This document shows, piece by piece, positions 52,835 to 63,537 of a DNA stretch of 64,000 nucleotides. This stretch comes from an uncultured Bacilli bacterium. GTDB lineage: Bacteria; Bacillota_I; Bacilli_A; RF39; UBA660. The stretch lies in the NCBI GenBank assembly GCA_934120715.1, contig CAKOUW010000001.1:262599-326598 (forward strand). Reading direction: 5' to 3'. The notes under the pieces were generated by a model. It did not search any database and was not told the origin of the DNA. It saw only the letters and a program-made list of their open reading frames with translations. Positions within the stretch are counted from its first letter, which is position 1. Each line of letters begins with the position of its first letter. Position numbers and translations under genes: made by a program.

Positions 52835-54607
52835 CTAGTCTAGTGATCTTTTAAATAGTTTTTCTAGATCATACTTTGTATAAGTAATTATTGTTGGTCT
52901 ACCATGAGGACAAGTAAAGGGATTTTCACATTTTCTTAGAGTGTTTAGTAAATAAACTTGATCATCATAGGAAATATAATCATTGGCTTTTATTGACATT
53001 CTACAAGCCATAGTAGCAGCCATTCTCCAGACAAACATATCAAAGTCAAAGTCTTCTTTTTGACAGACGATATCAACAACTTGTCTAATACATTCTTCAG
53101 CTATATCCCTTGAAATCCAGGATGGATGAGTTCTAACAATTATTGTGTTATGGCCAAACGCTTCAGTCATAAAACCATACTTTTCTAGTAAGTCAAAGTT
53201 TTTTTGAACTATTAAGAACTCATTAGTTGGAAGTTCTATTTTTATAGGTATTAATAAATCTATAATAACTAGTTTTTCTTTTAGGGACTTTAAAACCTTC
53301 TCATAGTTAATTCTTTCAGCAGCAGCATGCTGATCTATAATATACATGCCATCTTCATTTTCAGCAATTATATAAGTAAGATAAACTATACCTCTTGGTG
53401 TCATTTCTTTAATTCGATATTGACTTTTGACTACTGGTTCAGCATCTTCCGACTCTTCTTCAATACTTGGTGTATAACTTTCGTTATTATCAGATACAGT
53501 AAAATCTAATTTTATTTCTTCATAACTAGTAGTATCTTCATTACTAGTATTTAGATCTGTATTTATTTGATTTCTTACTTCATTAACAGATGAGAAGTCT
53601 CTTACAGATATTGTTGGAATTAGAGTTAATTCTTTTAGCTTTTTTTGAATCATTTCTTCAATAAGCATTTTTAAAGTATCCATTTTAGAGAATTTTATAT
53701 CCATTTTAGTAGGATGAATATTTATATCTATTAGTATTGGATCTACATCTATATTTAGAACTATTATTGGGAATTTGTCCTTAGGAATATAGGTGTGATA
53801 ACATTCAACTATTATTTTGTTAAGTTCATTGTTTTTGATTACACGACCATTTACTAAAGTGGTAATTGCTGAACGATTGCTTTTGGTTACTTCTGGATAT
53901 GATATATAACCACTGACATAATAGTCATCATTTTCTCCGGATACATCTATCATTTTTTTGGTAATGTCAGCTCCATATATTTCATAAATTACTTTTAATA
54001 AGTCTCCACTTCCGTCAGTAGATAGGAGCGTTTTATCATTGTTTTGTAAAGTGAATTTTATATTTGGAAATGATAGAGCCATTTTATTTACATAGTCTAC
54101 AATATTAGCTAATTCCACATATAAGTTTTTTAAATACTTTAATCTAACAGGGGTATTATAAAATAAATCTGAAACAGTTATTGTCGTTCCTTTTTGGAGG
54201 TCTCCCCTTTCAACTTTCATGTTTTCTCCGCCTTGAAGAGTTACTATAGTACCTAGATTACCATCAGAGGTCTTTAATTTTACATTAGAAACTGACGCTA
54301 TAGAGGGTAAAGCTTCACCTCTAAAGCCTAATGATTCAATATAGAATAAGTCATCAACATTTTTTAATTTGGACGTAGCATGCCTTAAAAAAGCCATTTT
54401 AGCATCTTCTTCATCCATTCCTATTCCATTATCTGCAACTTCTATTTCTTTAACACCAGAATCTATTAGTTTTATAGTTATTTCATCTGCTTTAGCATCA
54501 ATAGAATTTTCAACTAGTTCTTTAACAACATTCATTGTCTTTTCAACTACTTCTCCAGCAGCTATTTTGTTAGCAAGAACTTCATCCATTACTTTTATTT
54601 TACTCAT
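52835..54607 (-). CDS. mutL: DNA mismatch repair protein MutL
   Basis: GHKL ATPase N-terminus (IAAGEVVE...ELVENSIDA...DNGIGM). C-terminal dimerisation domain with CPHGRP. Confidence 0.9.
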   Translation of the reverse strand: MSKIKVMDEVLANKIAAGEVVEKTMNVVKELVENSIDAKADEITIKLIDSGVKEIEVADNGIGMDEEDAKMAFLRHATSKLKNVDDLFYIESLGFRGEALPSIASVSNVKLKTSDGNLGTIVTLQGGENMKVERGDLQKGTTITVSDLFYNTPVRLKYLKNLYVELANIVDYVNKMALSFPNIKFTLQNNDKTLLSTDGSGDLLKVIYEIYGADITKKMIDVSGENDDYYVSGYISYPEVTKSNRSAITTLVNGRVIKNNELNKIIVECYHTYIPKDKFPIIVLNIDVDPILIDINIHPTKMDIKFSKMDTLKMLIEEMIQKKLKELTLIPTISVRDFSSVNEVRNQINTDLNTSNEDTTSYEEIKLDFTVSDNNESYTPSIEEESEDAEPVVKSQYRIKEMTPRGIVYLTYIIAENEDGMYIIDQHAAAERINYEKVLKSLKEKLVIIDLLIPIKIELPTNEFLIVQKNFDLLEKYGFMTEAFGHNTIIVRTHPSWISRDIAEECIRQVVDIVCQKEDFDFDMFVWRMAATMACRMSIKANDYISYDDQVYLLNTLRKCENPFTCPHGRPTIITYTKYDLEKLFKRSLD

Positions 54608-54641
54608 ATGTACCTCTTCTTTTATCTGTAATTAAACTTAA

Positions 54642-56417
54642 TCAAATCTCTTTTAAATAATTATATAAGTTTTTGGCAACTTCATCTGATAAAACTTCTT
54701 TTAAATCATCTATAGATGCCTCTTTCATCTTTTTTAGAGATCCAAACTTTTTAATTAATTCTTTTCTTCTTACTTCCCCTATTTGTGGGACAACATCTAA
54801 TACTGAAGATAGTAGTCCTTTAGCTTTAATATTTCTATGATAACTTATAGCATATCTATGTACTTCTTCTTGAATTTTACTGAAAAATAGAAATAGATTA
54901 CTGTCAGAGGAAATATTTAGAATATTACCATCTTCATCTATGATACTACTAGTTCTATGTTTATCATTTTTTACTAGGCCAATTATTCTAATATTTAGAC
55001 CGAGTGAAGATATTATTTCTTTAGCTACATTAACCTGGGTTATTCCCCCATCCATAACGATAAGATCCGGCTTTTGTAAGTTTTCCATTAATACTTTATA
55101 GTATCTTCTATATAATACTTCTCTCATGGCACTTAAATCGTCTTTAACATCTGATTGTATTCTATATTTTCTATATTCATCTTTTAATGGTAAGAAGTCT
55201 TCATATACAACCATACCACCTACATAGAAAGTTCCAAATAAATGTGAGTTATCAAATGACTCCATTCTGGATACAGAATCTGTATTTAAAAGCTTTTTTA
55301 ATTCATCTAGGGCTTTATATCTAATATCATCACTCTTCTTTAGGGACTCTTCTTCTTCATGTAATACTTCTTTAGCATTTTCTCGAGCTAGATCAAGAAG
55401 ATTTTTCAATTTCCCTTTTTGAGGTGAAAAGACTTTTATATTTAAATAATTACTTAATAGTGTAGAATCAAGATCATCTGGAATTAATAACTCTTTTGGT
55501 AAAAGACCATCTTTCTCATAAAATTTTAAGATAAATTCTATCATTTGTTCTGATACATCAATATCACTACTTATAATTGTTTTGTCTCTTCCTACTAGTA
55601 GACCATTTCTAATAAAAAAGACTTGAATTGATAAATAGTTATTATCTTGATAATAGTTTACTAAATCAAAATTATGATTACTGTTTAGATCTATTTTTTG
55701 TTTTCTTAAAGTGATATCAATATCGTCTAAAGTATTTTTTAATTCTAAGGCTCTTTCATAATTTAAATTTAGACTAGCTTTTTCCATTTCAGTTTTTATT
55801 TTTTCTTTTATGAGCGTACAGTCTCCTTTTAAGAATGATACAATTTCTTTAGTCATTTTATTAATTACATTTTCATCCACTTTATTTGTACAATATCCTA
55901 AGCATTCATTAATATGATAGTAAAGACAAGGACTCTTCTTTAGAGTTTCACACTTTCGAAGTGGATATAGTCTATTTAGCATATTAACGGTTTTTCTAGC
56001 AGCCATGACGTTGGGATATGGACCGTATAAGTAATTTAATTTTCTTTTTCTTTTAACATTACGTACAACACGTAATCTTGGATATTTTTCTTTAGTTAAT
56101 TCAATATATGGATAGGTCTTATCATCCGTTAACATTATGTTATACTTAGGATCATATTTTTTTATTAAGGTTATTTCTAGAATTAGGGATTCTAATTCTG
56201 TTGATGTAACAATATATTCAAAATCATCTATATCTTCTACAAGCATTCTAGTCTTACCAGTTACTCTACCCGTAAAGTAACTTTTAAGTCTATTTTTTAG
56301 GTTTTTGGCTTTACCAACATATATTATAACGCCATCTTTATTTTTCATTTGATAACTACCAGGTTTATTTGGAACTAAAGCCAATTTTTCTTTAAAGTCT
56401 TTCACTCGTATCACCAC
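54642..56417 (-). CDS. uvrC: excinuclease ABC subunit C
   Basis: N-terminal GIY-YIG (PGSYQMKNKDGVIIYVGKAKNLKNRL), UvrBC-interaction region, C-terminal RNase H-like and HhH domains. Confidence 0.9.
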   Translation of the reverse strand: MVIRVKDFKEKLALVPNKPGSYQMKNKDGVIIYVGKAKNLKNRLKSYFTGRVTGKTRMLVEDIDDFEYIVTSTELESLILEITLIKKYDPKYNIMLTDDKTYPYIELTKEKYPRLRVVRNVKRKRKLNYLYGPYPNVMAARKTVNMLNRLYPLRKCETLKKSPCLYYHINECLGYCTNKVDENVINKMTKEIVSFLKGDCTLIKEKIKTEMEKASLNLNYERALELKNTLDDIDITLRKQKIDLNSNHNFDLVNYYQDNNYLSIQVFFIRNGLLVGRDKTIISSDIDVSEQMIEFILKFYEKDGLLPKELLIPDDLDSTLLSNYLNIKVFSPQKGKLKNLLDLARENAKEVLHEEEESLKKSDDIRYKALDELKKLLNTDSVSRMESFDNSHLFGTFYVGGMVVYEDFLPLKDEYRKYRIQSDVKDDLSAMREVLYRRYYKVLMENLQKPDLIVMDGGITQVNVAKEIISSLGLNIRIIGLVKNDKHRTSSIIDEDGNILNISSDSNLFLFFSKIQEEVHRYAISYHRNIKAKGLLSSVLDVVPQIGEVRRKELIKKFGSLKKMKEASIDDLKEVLSDEVAKNLYNYLKEI

Positions 56418-56498
56418 TACAATTGTACTAAATTTTAAGATGATAGTCTATATTTACTTAATTATTCCAAGAAAAAAACAGTACATAAGTATATACTG

Positions 56499-56708
56499 TT
56501 ATTGATATTTTTCCATGGCTTTCATCATTTGATTTATTTGTTTTTGATTTGGTTTTCTCCCCATTTGCATCATTAAAGCCTTTATCATATCTTCATTAAT
56601 AGGTGGGTTTTTCTTTAGATACTTCTGCATAAAGTATTTAGCTAGAAAAAAGCCTATTACTAGTCCTAATATTAAACCTATTAAAACCATTAATATATCA
56701 TGTAGCAT
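56499..56708 (-). CDS. UPF0154/YneF-family small membrane protein
   Basis: 69 aa with single N-terminal TM. Sequence [32 protein letters not shown] closely matches the YneF family. Confidence 0.6.
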   Translation of the reverse strand: MLHDILMVLIGLILGLVIGFFLAKYFMQKYLKKNPPINEDMIKALMMQMGRKPNQKQINQMMKAMEKYQ

Positions 56709-56776
56709 AATTTCATCTCCTTTACTATATTCTACTAAATTTAGAGTTGTAAAACAAGATGTTTATTAATTATATG

Positions 56777-57205
56777 CTATAAAGAGGCATTATTTTTATC
56801 AGAAAGAAAGAAAAAATCTTTATTTTTAAAATCACAAGCAAAGTAATTATTAGAATAGTTTTTTAATACTTCAAAAAAGGTAGAATTTGTTTTTTCTTGT
56901 TCTAATTTTATATAGCTGTTTTTAACAATTAACCTACTTATTTCATCTCTGTACATGTTATTTATGTAGTGTGTCATGTTCTTTTTAGAATATGGTATAT
57001 ATTGATGATACTTTATATATATTTTTTGATCTATATAGTTTTTATTAATTTTATTTATTAGTTGATTTAGCAATGTATAACCATATGTTATTTCACTACT
57101 ATCTAAGTAATATATCTGTCTTAGTATATCAAACAGTACTTTTTCATTTTCATGGTATAGGCTTACAAATTCTTTTTTTATATCAAAAATAAAATAGACT
57201 TTCAT
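56777..57205 (-). CDS. hypothetical protein (142 aa)
   Basis: ORF only. Confidence 0.4.
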   Translation of the reverse strand: MKVYFIFDIKKEFVSLYHENEKVLFDILRQIYYLDSSEITYGYTLLNQLINKINKNYIDQKIYIKYHQYIPYSKKNMTHYINNMYRDEISRLIVKNSYIKLEQEKTNSTFFEVLKNYSNNYFACDFKNKDFFFLSDKNNASL

Positions 57206-57260
57206 AATATCACCAATAAAATAGTAACATTATTTTAAGTCTATTTTAGTCGATTTATGT

Positions 57261-59240
57261 TTATTTTAGTAGATTTTCTATTTTATTTTCTAGGCTGTCT
57301 ACATCATACCCATATTTTTTATAGACGTCGTCTTTGGAACCACTAGCACCAAACTCATCTAAAGTAATTAGATATTTGTTGTCAAAAATTAGGCTATTCC
57401 AAGAGAATGATGATGAAGCTTCTACAACGATCTTGCGTATTTCAACTGGAAGAATTTCATCTATATATTCTTTGTCTTGTTTTAAAAATCTTCCTAAGTT
57501 AGGCATTGAAACAACTCTTATTTCTACTCCCTTACTTCTTAGTCTCTTAGCAACTTCTATAACTTGATGAACTTCTTCACCGGAAGTTATTACTATACCA
57601 TCAGCTTTTCTTAAAGATTCAAATACAGTATAGCCACCCTTTTCAACTTCACTAGCTTTGGTTTCTGATAATATATTTAGTTTATTTTTTGATAGTATTA
57701 AGGCACTTGGGCCACTTTTTTTCTCATAAATAGCTTTATATGATCCTATCACTTCATTGGCATCAGCTGGTCTAAAGACATCTAAGTTAGGCATACTTCT
57801 CAATGCTAGTAATTGTTCTACAGGCTGATGTGTTATACCATCTTCGCCAACACTTATAGAATCATGAGTAAAGATATATGTAACAGGTAGGTTTAGAATG
57901 CAAGCAAGTCTAATTGCTGGTTTCATGTAGTCACTGAAAGTTAAGAAAGTTGAACCGTATGGTCGATAGCCACATAGAGCTAATCCATTTAGGATGGCTC
58001 CCATAGCATGTTCTCTTACACCAAAGAAGATGTTTTTTCCTAGGTAATTTGTACTATTATAATCTCCACTATCTTCTATATATGTTTTTGTTGCGGCAAA
58101 TAAATCGGCACTACCACCTAATATATATGGATTATTTTTTACAATAAAGTTAAGAACTTTAGAAGAACTATCTCTTGGTGCTTCAAGTAAGTCCTCTGAT
58201 GGTTCATATACTAGATTGTTAATTGAAATGTCTTTCTCATCACTCATAAAATACTTTAATTCTGTTTTAGCCTCTTCGTCTAGTTTAGAAATATTATCCA
58301 TGAATTTGTCATATAAGTTAGCGCATCTATTACTTATTAGATAAGCAAATTCATCTTTTGTATTTTGAGATATTGAAAAAGGTATGTCTCTTACTTTAAG
58401 CTTTTCTTTTAATTGAGTAATATCTTCTTTAGAAAGAGGAGCTCCATGGACTTTATTAGTACCTTCTAATAATGAATATTTACCTATTGTTGTTTTTACT
58501 TCAATTAATGTTGGCTTATCAGTACTATTTTTAGCTGTTGCTATCGCAGTGCTAATTGCCTTATAGTCTTCTCCATCCTCAACTGTAATTACATTCCAAT
58601 TCATAGCTTGAAATCTCATTGATATATTTTCATTAAAAGTTAATGAAGTTTTACCATCTAGGCTAATTTGATTGGAATCATATAAGACTATTAATTTATT
58701 TAATTTTAAAGTTCCAGCAAGAGATGCTGCCTCATATGATATTCCTTCCATTAAATCGCCGTCTCCACATAAAACATATGTGTTGAAGTCTATTGCTTTG
58801 TTATATCTGGCATTTAAATTAGCCTCAGCCATTGCTATACCTACAGCGGTTGCTAGGCCCTGGCCTAATGGTCCTGTTGTCATATCAACACCAGGAGTAA
58901 CTTTATACTCTGGGTGGCCAGGAGTTATTGAATCAATTTGTCTAAAAGCTTTTAAGTCGTCTAAACTAATATCAAAACCTGCCATATATAAAGTGGCATA
59001 AAGTAATGCTGAACCATGCCCTGATGACATTACAAATCTATCCCTATTAAAGTAGTATGGATGAGCAGGATCTATTCTTAGATGATTAGCATATAGCGAA
59101 TAAAGAATTGGTGCAGCCCCAAGAACAATACCTGGATGACCACTTTTAGCCTTATCAATCATGTCTATACCAAGACATCTTAGTTGAGCTATTATTCTCT
59201 CTTCATTTATTTCTTCTATGTTTATATTGCTTTGTTGCAC
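57261..59240 (-). CDS. tkt: transketolase
   Basis: TPP-binding motifs (GHPG, GDGDLMEGISYEA). Pyrimidine- and C-terminal domains at full length (659 aa). Confidence 0.9.
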   Translation of the reverse strand: MQQSNINIEEINEERIIAQLRCLGIDMIDKAKSGHPGIVLGAAPILYSLYANHLRIDPAHPYYFNRDRFVMSSGHGSALLYATLYMAGFDISLDDLKAFRQIDSITPGHPEYKVTPGVDMTTGPLGQGLATAVGIAMAEANLNARYNKAIDFNTYVLCGDGDLMEGISYEAASLAGTLKLNKLIVLYDSNQISLDGKTSLTFNENISMRFQAMNWNVITVEDGEDYKAISTAIATAKNSTDKPTLIEVKTTIGKYSLLEGTNKVHGAPLSKEDITQLKEKLKVRDIPFSISQNTKDEFAYLISNRCANLYDKFMDNISKLDEEAKTELKYFMSDEKDISINNLVYEPSEDLLEAPRDSSSKVLNFIVKNNPYILGGSADLFAATKTYIEDSGDYNSTNYLGKNIFFGVREHAMGAILNGLALCGYRPYGSTFLTFSDYMKPAIRLACILNLPVTYIFTHDSISVGEDGITHQPVEQLLALRSMPNLDVFRPADANEVIGSYKAIYEKKSGPSALILSKNKLNILSETKASEVEKGGYTVFESLRKADGIVITSGEEVHQVIEVAKRLRSKGVEIRVVSMPNLGRFLKQDKEYIDEILPVEIRKIVVEASSSFSWNSLIFDNKYLITLDEFGASGSKDDVYKKYGYDVDSLENKIENLLK

Positions 59241-59428
59241 AGTGAAATCACTTCCTTACAGTTTCATTATATCATGCTAATACATAAATTGTAAATTATA
59301 CAGATATGTTTTGTTAGGATAGGGATTGCAAATAGCATTATTAATTGACTGTTGCATAAGTATTTTTGTTAATTAAATTAATAGTAGCCTTATTTTTTTT
59401 GTTTTATAGTTTATTATTTATATATTTT

Positions 59429-60229
59429 TTAATTTGATATTATTTCTTTATATCTTTCTTTTATTTTTTTTAAGTCATCATCGTTAAGAAGCCCTATATC
59501 TTTTGCCTTAATGCTACATTTAATAATAAACTCACTGTCTTTAGTATCAATAACTTTTTTTATTAATTTATCCATATCTATATCATTTTGTACAATGCTT
59601 ATAAGCTCAATTAAATAATAATCATCTCTTTTTTCAATGAAATATTCTTCTATATCCGTAAAGTTCATTTCTTTTCCATTATAATTAAAAGCTAGGCGCC
59701 ATAGGGCTTCTCTTTTATCTTTTGAAATGCCTATTTTTACTAGTTCATTAAATGATTCTTGAGTGATATTAGGAGGTATAGGGGCAAAGATATATTGTGT
59801 AATAAATTCTAATAACTCTAAATCAGTCATCTTTTCACAATAATTTATATATACTGAATTATTTACTAATGAATCATATAGTTTTATATATCTTGGGCCA
59901 CTATCTCTTACTTTGAGTTTGTCTTTTAATAAATCATTATACATGTTTTTTAATTTTTGAGCCTCTTCCTTATTATTTGGTTTTACTTTCTCTAGTTTTT
60001 CTAACATGTGATTAATTGCTGCTAGTCTTTTGATTTCTATTTGATCAGTCTCTACTGGAACATTTTTTATGATTTCTTTAACAGTATTTAAAAGCTTTTC
60101 GATTTCAGCTATTTCTTTTTTAGAAAATTTCTTCTTATCAAGATTAGTTAATGATTCTATTAATTCTTCACTATTAATAAAGCGATTTACATAACGATAT
60201 ATTATATTTACTAAATCCATATCATTCAC
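59429..60229 (-). CDS. hypothetical protein (266 aa)
   Basis: ORF only; helical, charged. Confidence 0.4.
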   Translation of the reverse strand: MNDMDLVNIIYRYVNRFINSEELIESLTNLDKKKFSKKEIAEIEKLLNTVKEIIKNVPVETDQIEIKRLAAINHMLEKLEKVKPNNKEEAQKLKNMYNDLLKDKLKVRDSGPRYIKLYDSLVNNSVYINYCEKMTDLELLEFITQYIFAPIPPNITQESFNELVKIGISKDKREALWRLAFNYNGKEMNFTDIEEYFIEKRDDYYLIELISIVQNDIDMDKLIKKVIDTKDSEFIIKCSIKAKDIGLLNDDDLKKIKERYKEIISN

Positions 60230-60324
60230 CTACCATTTAATCATTGCTAATAACATTTTAGCATATTTTTTACTGTTACTACTTTAGAAAAATAAAATTA
60301 CTATAGTTTTCATTATTTCATTTT

Positions 60325-61620
60325 TTAAATATTAATTATTTCATCTATTTTATTTAGCTCATCAAATTGGATTTTATTCTCTTCACCCGTAAGCATATTT
60401 TTAACATTAAATGAATTACTACTTACTTCATCTTCACCTAGAACAATTACATATGGTATCTTTTCTTTATTGGCATAGTCCATGTTCTTTTTAAATTTTT
60501 TCTTACCCATTTCAATTTCAACATTGTATCCTAGACTTCTTATTTCATTACCAATTTTTAAACTTTCTATTTCTGTATTTATAGGGATAATATAAAAATC
60601 AGTTTGTGATTTGGCATTAAATAATTCTCTATTTTTCAATAACTCATATATTGATGATAGTCCAAAACTTATTCCTACAGTTGGATACTCGTTTCCGTCA
60701 TTTATAAAACTACCAATAATTTTGTCATATCTTCCACCGCCACCTATGCTGCCTTTTATTCTTTCATTTTTCTCATATACCTCAAAAACGTTTCCGGTAT
60801 AGTAATTTTGACCCCTAGCTAGACTAACTGAAAACTTACAAATATCAGCAATATCTATCCCTTTTAGATATTTATTTAAATTATTTAATTCTTCTAATCC
60901 TACTTTTATCTTTTTATTTTCAGTATTTTTAAATAAATCAGTTAAATCAGACAATCCCATATTGAAATATTTACTTAACATTGAGATCTGACTTTTGTCT
61001 AAGCCGATTTCACTTAAAAGTTTATTCATTTCCTCTATGCTTAACTTATCTTTTTTATCTATTATTGTTGTGGTCTTTGAAACCAACTCCTCTTGTATAC
61101 CACTTTCTAGGATTAATCCTGTCATTAAATTTCTGCTGTTATATTTAATCACTATATCGATATCTAATTTTTTAAAGGCTTTGGCATATAGTGATAATAA
61201 TTCAGCTTCAATAAATTGTCCTTTAATACCCACAACATCAGCATCACATTGAGTAAACTCTCTATCTCTACCAACTTTGACTGGACCATCTCTAAATACT
61301 TTGCTTATCTCATATCTTTTAAATGGAAAAGAAATATTATTTTTATTTAGTGCTATAAACTTGGCAAAGGGAACCGTTAAGTCATACCTTAGACCTAGAT
61401 CTCTATTTCCTTGATCCTTTAGTCTATATATTTCTTTTAATATGTCATTATTTTCATCATACTTATCTGCTAGCATATCATAATAACATAGTATTGGTGT
61501 TTCAATTGAATTAAATCCATATTCTTCAAAAGTTTCTTTTAATATATTATTAATATAATTTCTTATTCTTTGTTCTTTAGGTAGAAAATCATATCCACCT
61601 TTAACATTTTGGATTTTCAT
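60325..61620 (-). CDS. hisS: histidine--tRNA ligase
   Basis: Class II motifs including motif 3 GGGGRYD. C-terminal anticodon-binding domain present, so HisRS rather than HisZ. Confidence 0.85.
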   Translation of the reverse strand: MKIQNVKGGYDFLPKEQRIRNYINNILKETFEEYGFNSIETPILCYYDMLADKYDENNDILKEIYRLKDQGNRDLGLRYDLTVPFAKFIALNKNNISFPFKRYEISKVFRDGPVKVGRDREFTQCDADVVGIKGQFIEAELLSLYAKAFKKLDIDIVIKYNSRNLMTGLILESGIQEELVSKTTTIIDKKDKLSIEEMNKLLSEIGLDKSQISMLSKYFNMGLSDLTDLFKNTENKKIKVGLEELNNLNKYLKGIDIADICKFSVSLARGQNYYTGNVFEVYEKNERIKGSIGGGGRYDKIIGSFINDGNEYPTVGISFGLSSIYELLKNRELFNAKSQTDFYIIPINTEIESLKIGNEIRSLGYNVEIEMGKKKFKKNMDYANKEKIPYVIVLGEDEVSSNSFNVKNMLTGEENKIQFDELNKIDEIINI

Positions 61621-61640
61621 AATTAATCATCTCCTTTTTT

Positions 61641-61672
61641 TAATTAAAAATGCTACTGCGGCTTGCAGTAGC
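61641..61672 (-). terminator. leader terminator/attenuator immediately upstream of the hisS RBS
   Basis: GCTACTGC-aagcc-GCAGTAGC (8-bp stem) followed by TTTTTAATTAAAAAAAGGAG and the hisS ATG. Confidence 0.55.
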
Positions 61673-61741
61673 ATAATAGAGATTTATCGTTTATTATACT
61701 AGATACAAGCACGACAAACAGCACTTGTACCTACGAATTTT

Positions 61742-61807
61742 TTAATGTCGTATTAACAAGTGCAGACTATTATGATGATGATTAAATTTATTTATTGTTT
61801 TAAACAT
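61742..61807 (-). CDS. candidate His-rich leader peptide (MFKTINKFNHHNSLHLLIRH, 20 aa)
   Basis: AAGGGAGAG RBS 8 nt upstream. 5 His codons in 20. Lies between a TTGACA-17-TACAAT promoter (61833-61861) and the leader terminator. Confidence 0.4.
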   Translation of the reverse strand: MFKTINKFNHHHNSLHLLIRH

Positions 61808-61927
61808 AATAATCTCTCCCTTCGATAGTGAAATTGTAACATATATGATAATTTATGTCAAATTAACGAGAATCGCTTATTTTTCAATGTATATTTTGTA
61901 TAGAATGGTCCTACTGAAATACTTTGA

Positions 61928-62251
61928 TCAGCAGTTACTTGCATTGATATTTTTATTGATCCATTCGATAATATCACTGCTTCCTTTTATTTCATAATAT
62001 GAAATTTCTGGAACTTTATAATTATGAATGTTCTTAATAGTTTGCTCAATTTTATTATATAATGGCTCAATTGTTCTTATTGTTAGACAGTATTCCTCGG
62101 ACTCATTTATTTTATCATCCCACCAATATGATGATTTTGTCTTTGTTATTTGACAGCCTGCTGCCAGATGATCTTTCAATAATTTTTTCTGGATCTGTCT
62201 TATTGTATTTAAATTATTTGATAAAGTAGTTATAACTATACATTTATTCAT
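61928..62251 (-). CDS. cutA: CutA1-family divalent-cation tolerance protein
   Basis: 107 aa. C-terminal H(N/P)Y(K/E)VPE motif (HNYKVPEISYYEIKG) and overall CutA-like pattern. Confidence 0.55.
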   Translation of the reverse strand: MNKCIVITTLSNNLNTIRQIQKKLLKDHLAAGCQITKTKSSYWWDDKINESEEYCLTIRTIEPLYNKIEQTIKNIHNYKVPEISYYEIKGSSDIIEWINKNINASNC

Positions 62252-62255
62252 ATTA

Positions 62256-62534
62256 TTAAGCCTTCTCCTTATAATTAACGTTTTTTATATGTTTTTCCCA
62301 GATTTTTCTTAGAACTTTTAATGACAAGGTTGATAAAGTGAAACCTATGACTGGTACTATTGATGTTAGGAAGATATTATCATACTTTCTAATTAGATAT
62401 GAATATATAATGATTACTATATAAGTTAATATCATTATACATATTCTTCTTGTCCATGATGTTTCCCATGATTTGTCTAACTCTACTCTCTTATTTCTTT
62501 CCTCTATGTTTTTAATCCTTTTGTCTAAATCCAT
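62256..62534 (-). CDS. small two-TM membrane protein (92 aa)
   Basis: ORF with two hydrophobic segments, 4 nt from cutA. Confidence 0.4.
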   Translation of the reverse strand: MDLDKRIKNIEERNKRVELDKSWETSWTRRICIMILTYIVIIIYSYLIRKYDNIFLTSIVPVIGFTLSTLSLKVLRKIWEKHIKNVNYKEKA

Positions 62535-62993
62535 ATACTTCTCCTATCTTCTAATACTATTTAAACACTTTCTTAATATATTATATCAAAATTAAATAAT
62601 TATTTACATGTTTTTATTGTAATGCATAATGATTATGCCATTATGCAAGTGTGGTTTTAAATAGTCATAAATTTAATATTATTTCTTGTATTTAGAGCAG
62701 ACGTTTGTTGCGGTGACAGTGAATATATTTGAAATATATCAGATGCTTTCTCTTTATATTTATCAGCGATAAAAGAAAGGTGGGGGTATTTATGACAAAA
62801 AGGAATTTTCTCTAATTTATTATAATATTACTCCTATTGTTAGTGGTAATTATTTTACTCCTAAAATAGTAAAAGCATCTAATTTCACAACTATGTGATT
62901 TCAGATGCTATATACATAAGTGATTGCATTTGATCAACGACAATCAAATGTATCTTTTTATTTTATGCAAGTTTCCTTGACGTATTCACAGTA

Positions 62994-63026
62994 ACATAAA
63001 AACGACTTTTTACCAAGTCGTTTTAA
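62994..63026 (-). terminator. rho-independent terminator after the tRNA-Leu / tRNA-Ile2 pair
   Basis: AAACGACTTggtaaaAAGTCGTTTTT hairpin plus T-run on the minus strand. Confidence 0.65.
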
Positions 63027-63061
63027 ATTTTTACTCGAAAAGTCCGAGTTTAGTATCAATC

Positions 63062-63146
63062 TGGTGCGAGTAACAGGAGTTGAACCTGCAAGCCTTGCGG
63101 CACTAGATCCTAAGTCTAGCGTGTCTGCCAATTCCACCATACTCGC
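63062..63146 (-). tRNA. tRNA-Leu (anticodon UAG), type II with long variable arm
   Basis: GCGAGTA acceptor, anticodon stem CTAGA/TCTAG with loop CTTAGGA, variable arm, T-loop TTCAACT, encoded CCA. Confidence 0.8.
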
Positions 63147-63151
63147 ATGAA

Positions 63152-63228
63152 TGGTGGACCCTACAGGACTCGAACCTGTGACCGCCCGGTTATGAGCCGG
63201 ATGCTCTAACCAACTGAGCTAAGGGTCC
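63152..63228 (-). tRNA. tRNA with CAU anticodon, most likely tRNA-Ile2 (lysidine) rather than Met
   Basis: GGACCCTTAGCTCAGTTGGTTAGAGCA...CTCATAACC...TTCGAGTCC...GGTCCACCA resembles Bacillus tRNA-Ile(LAU). The elongator Met is at 27235-27311. Confidence 0.7.
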
Positions 63229-63537
63229 ATTGCTATTTAATAATAGCATAATTTTTTTTATCATGCAAGGAAAAATGATAATTTTTTTTAAAAAAATCTG
63301 CAAGTGTTGATAACCATATAAATACAACTGCTTTTATAGTATATTTGGCAAATTGATTTTAGACATATCATATCTTTTTTTAAATTAGTATTAGGAGACA
63401 TTGTGCCATTATATTTCCCAGCAACTATATAGGATTTTATTGTAAATGTATTATAAAAGGGATGATTGAGGAACCATCCCTATTCTACATAAATATTGTT
63501 TTATGCTTTTTGACTATAAATTATATTATAATGTTAA

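Noticed and set aside
61621-61860. T-box riboswitch upstream of hisS.
   Set aside because: Searched the leader for the T-box consensus (AANNNGGGTGGNACCGCG) and a specifier-loop context; not found. A leader-peptide attenuator explains the terminator better.
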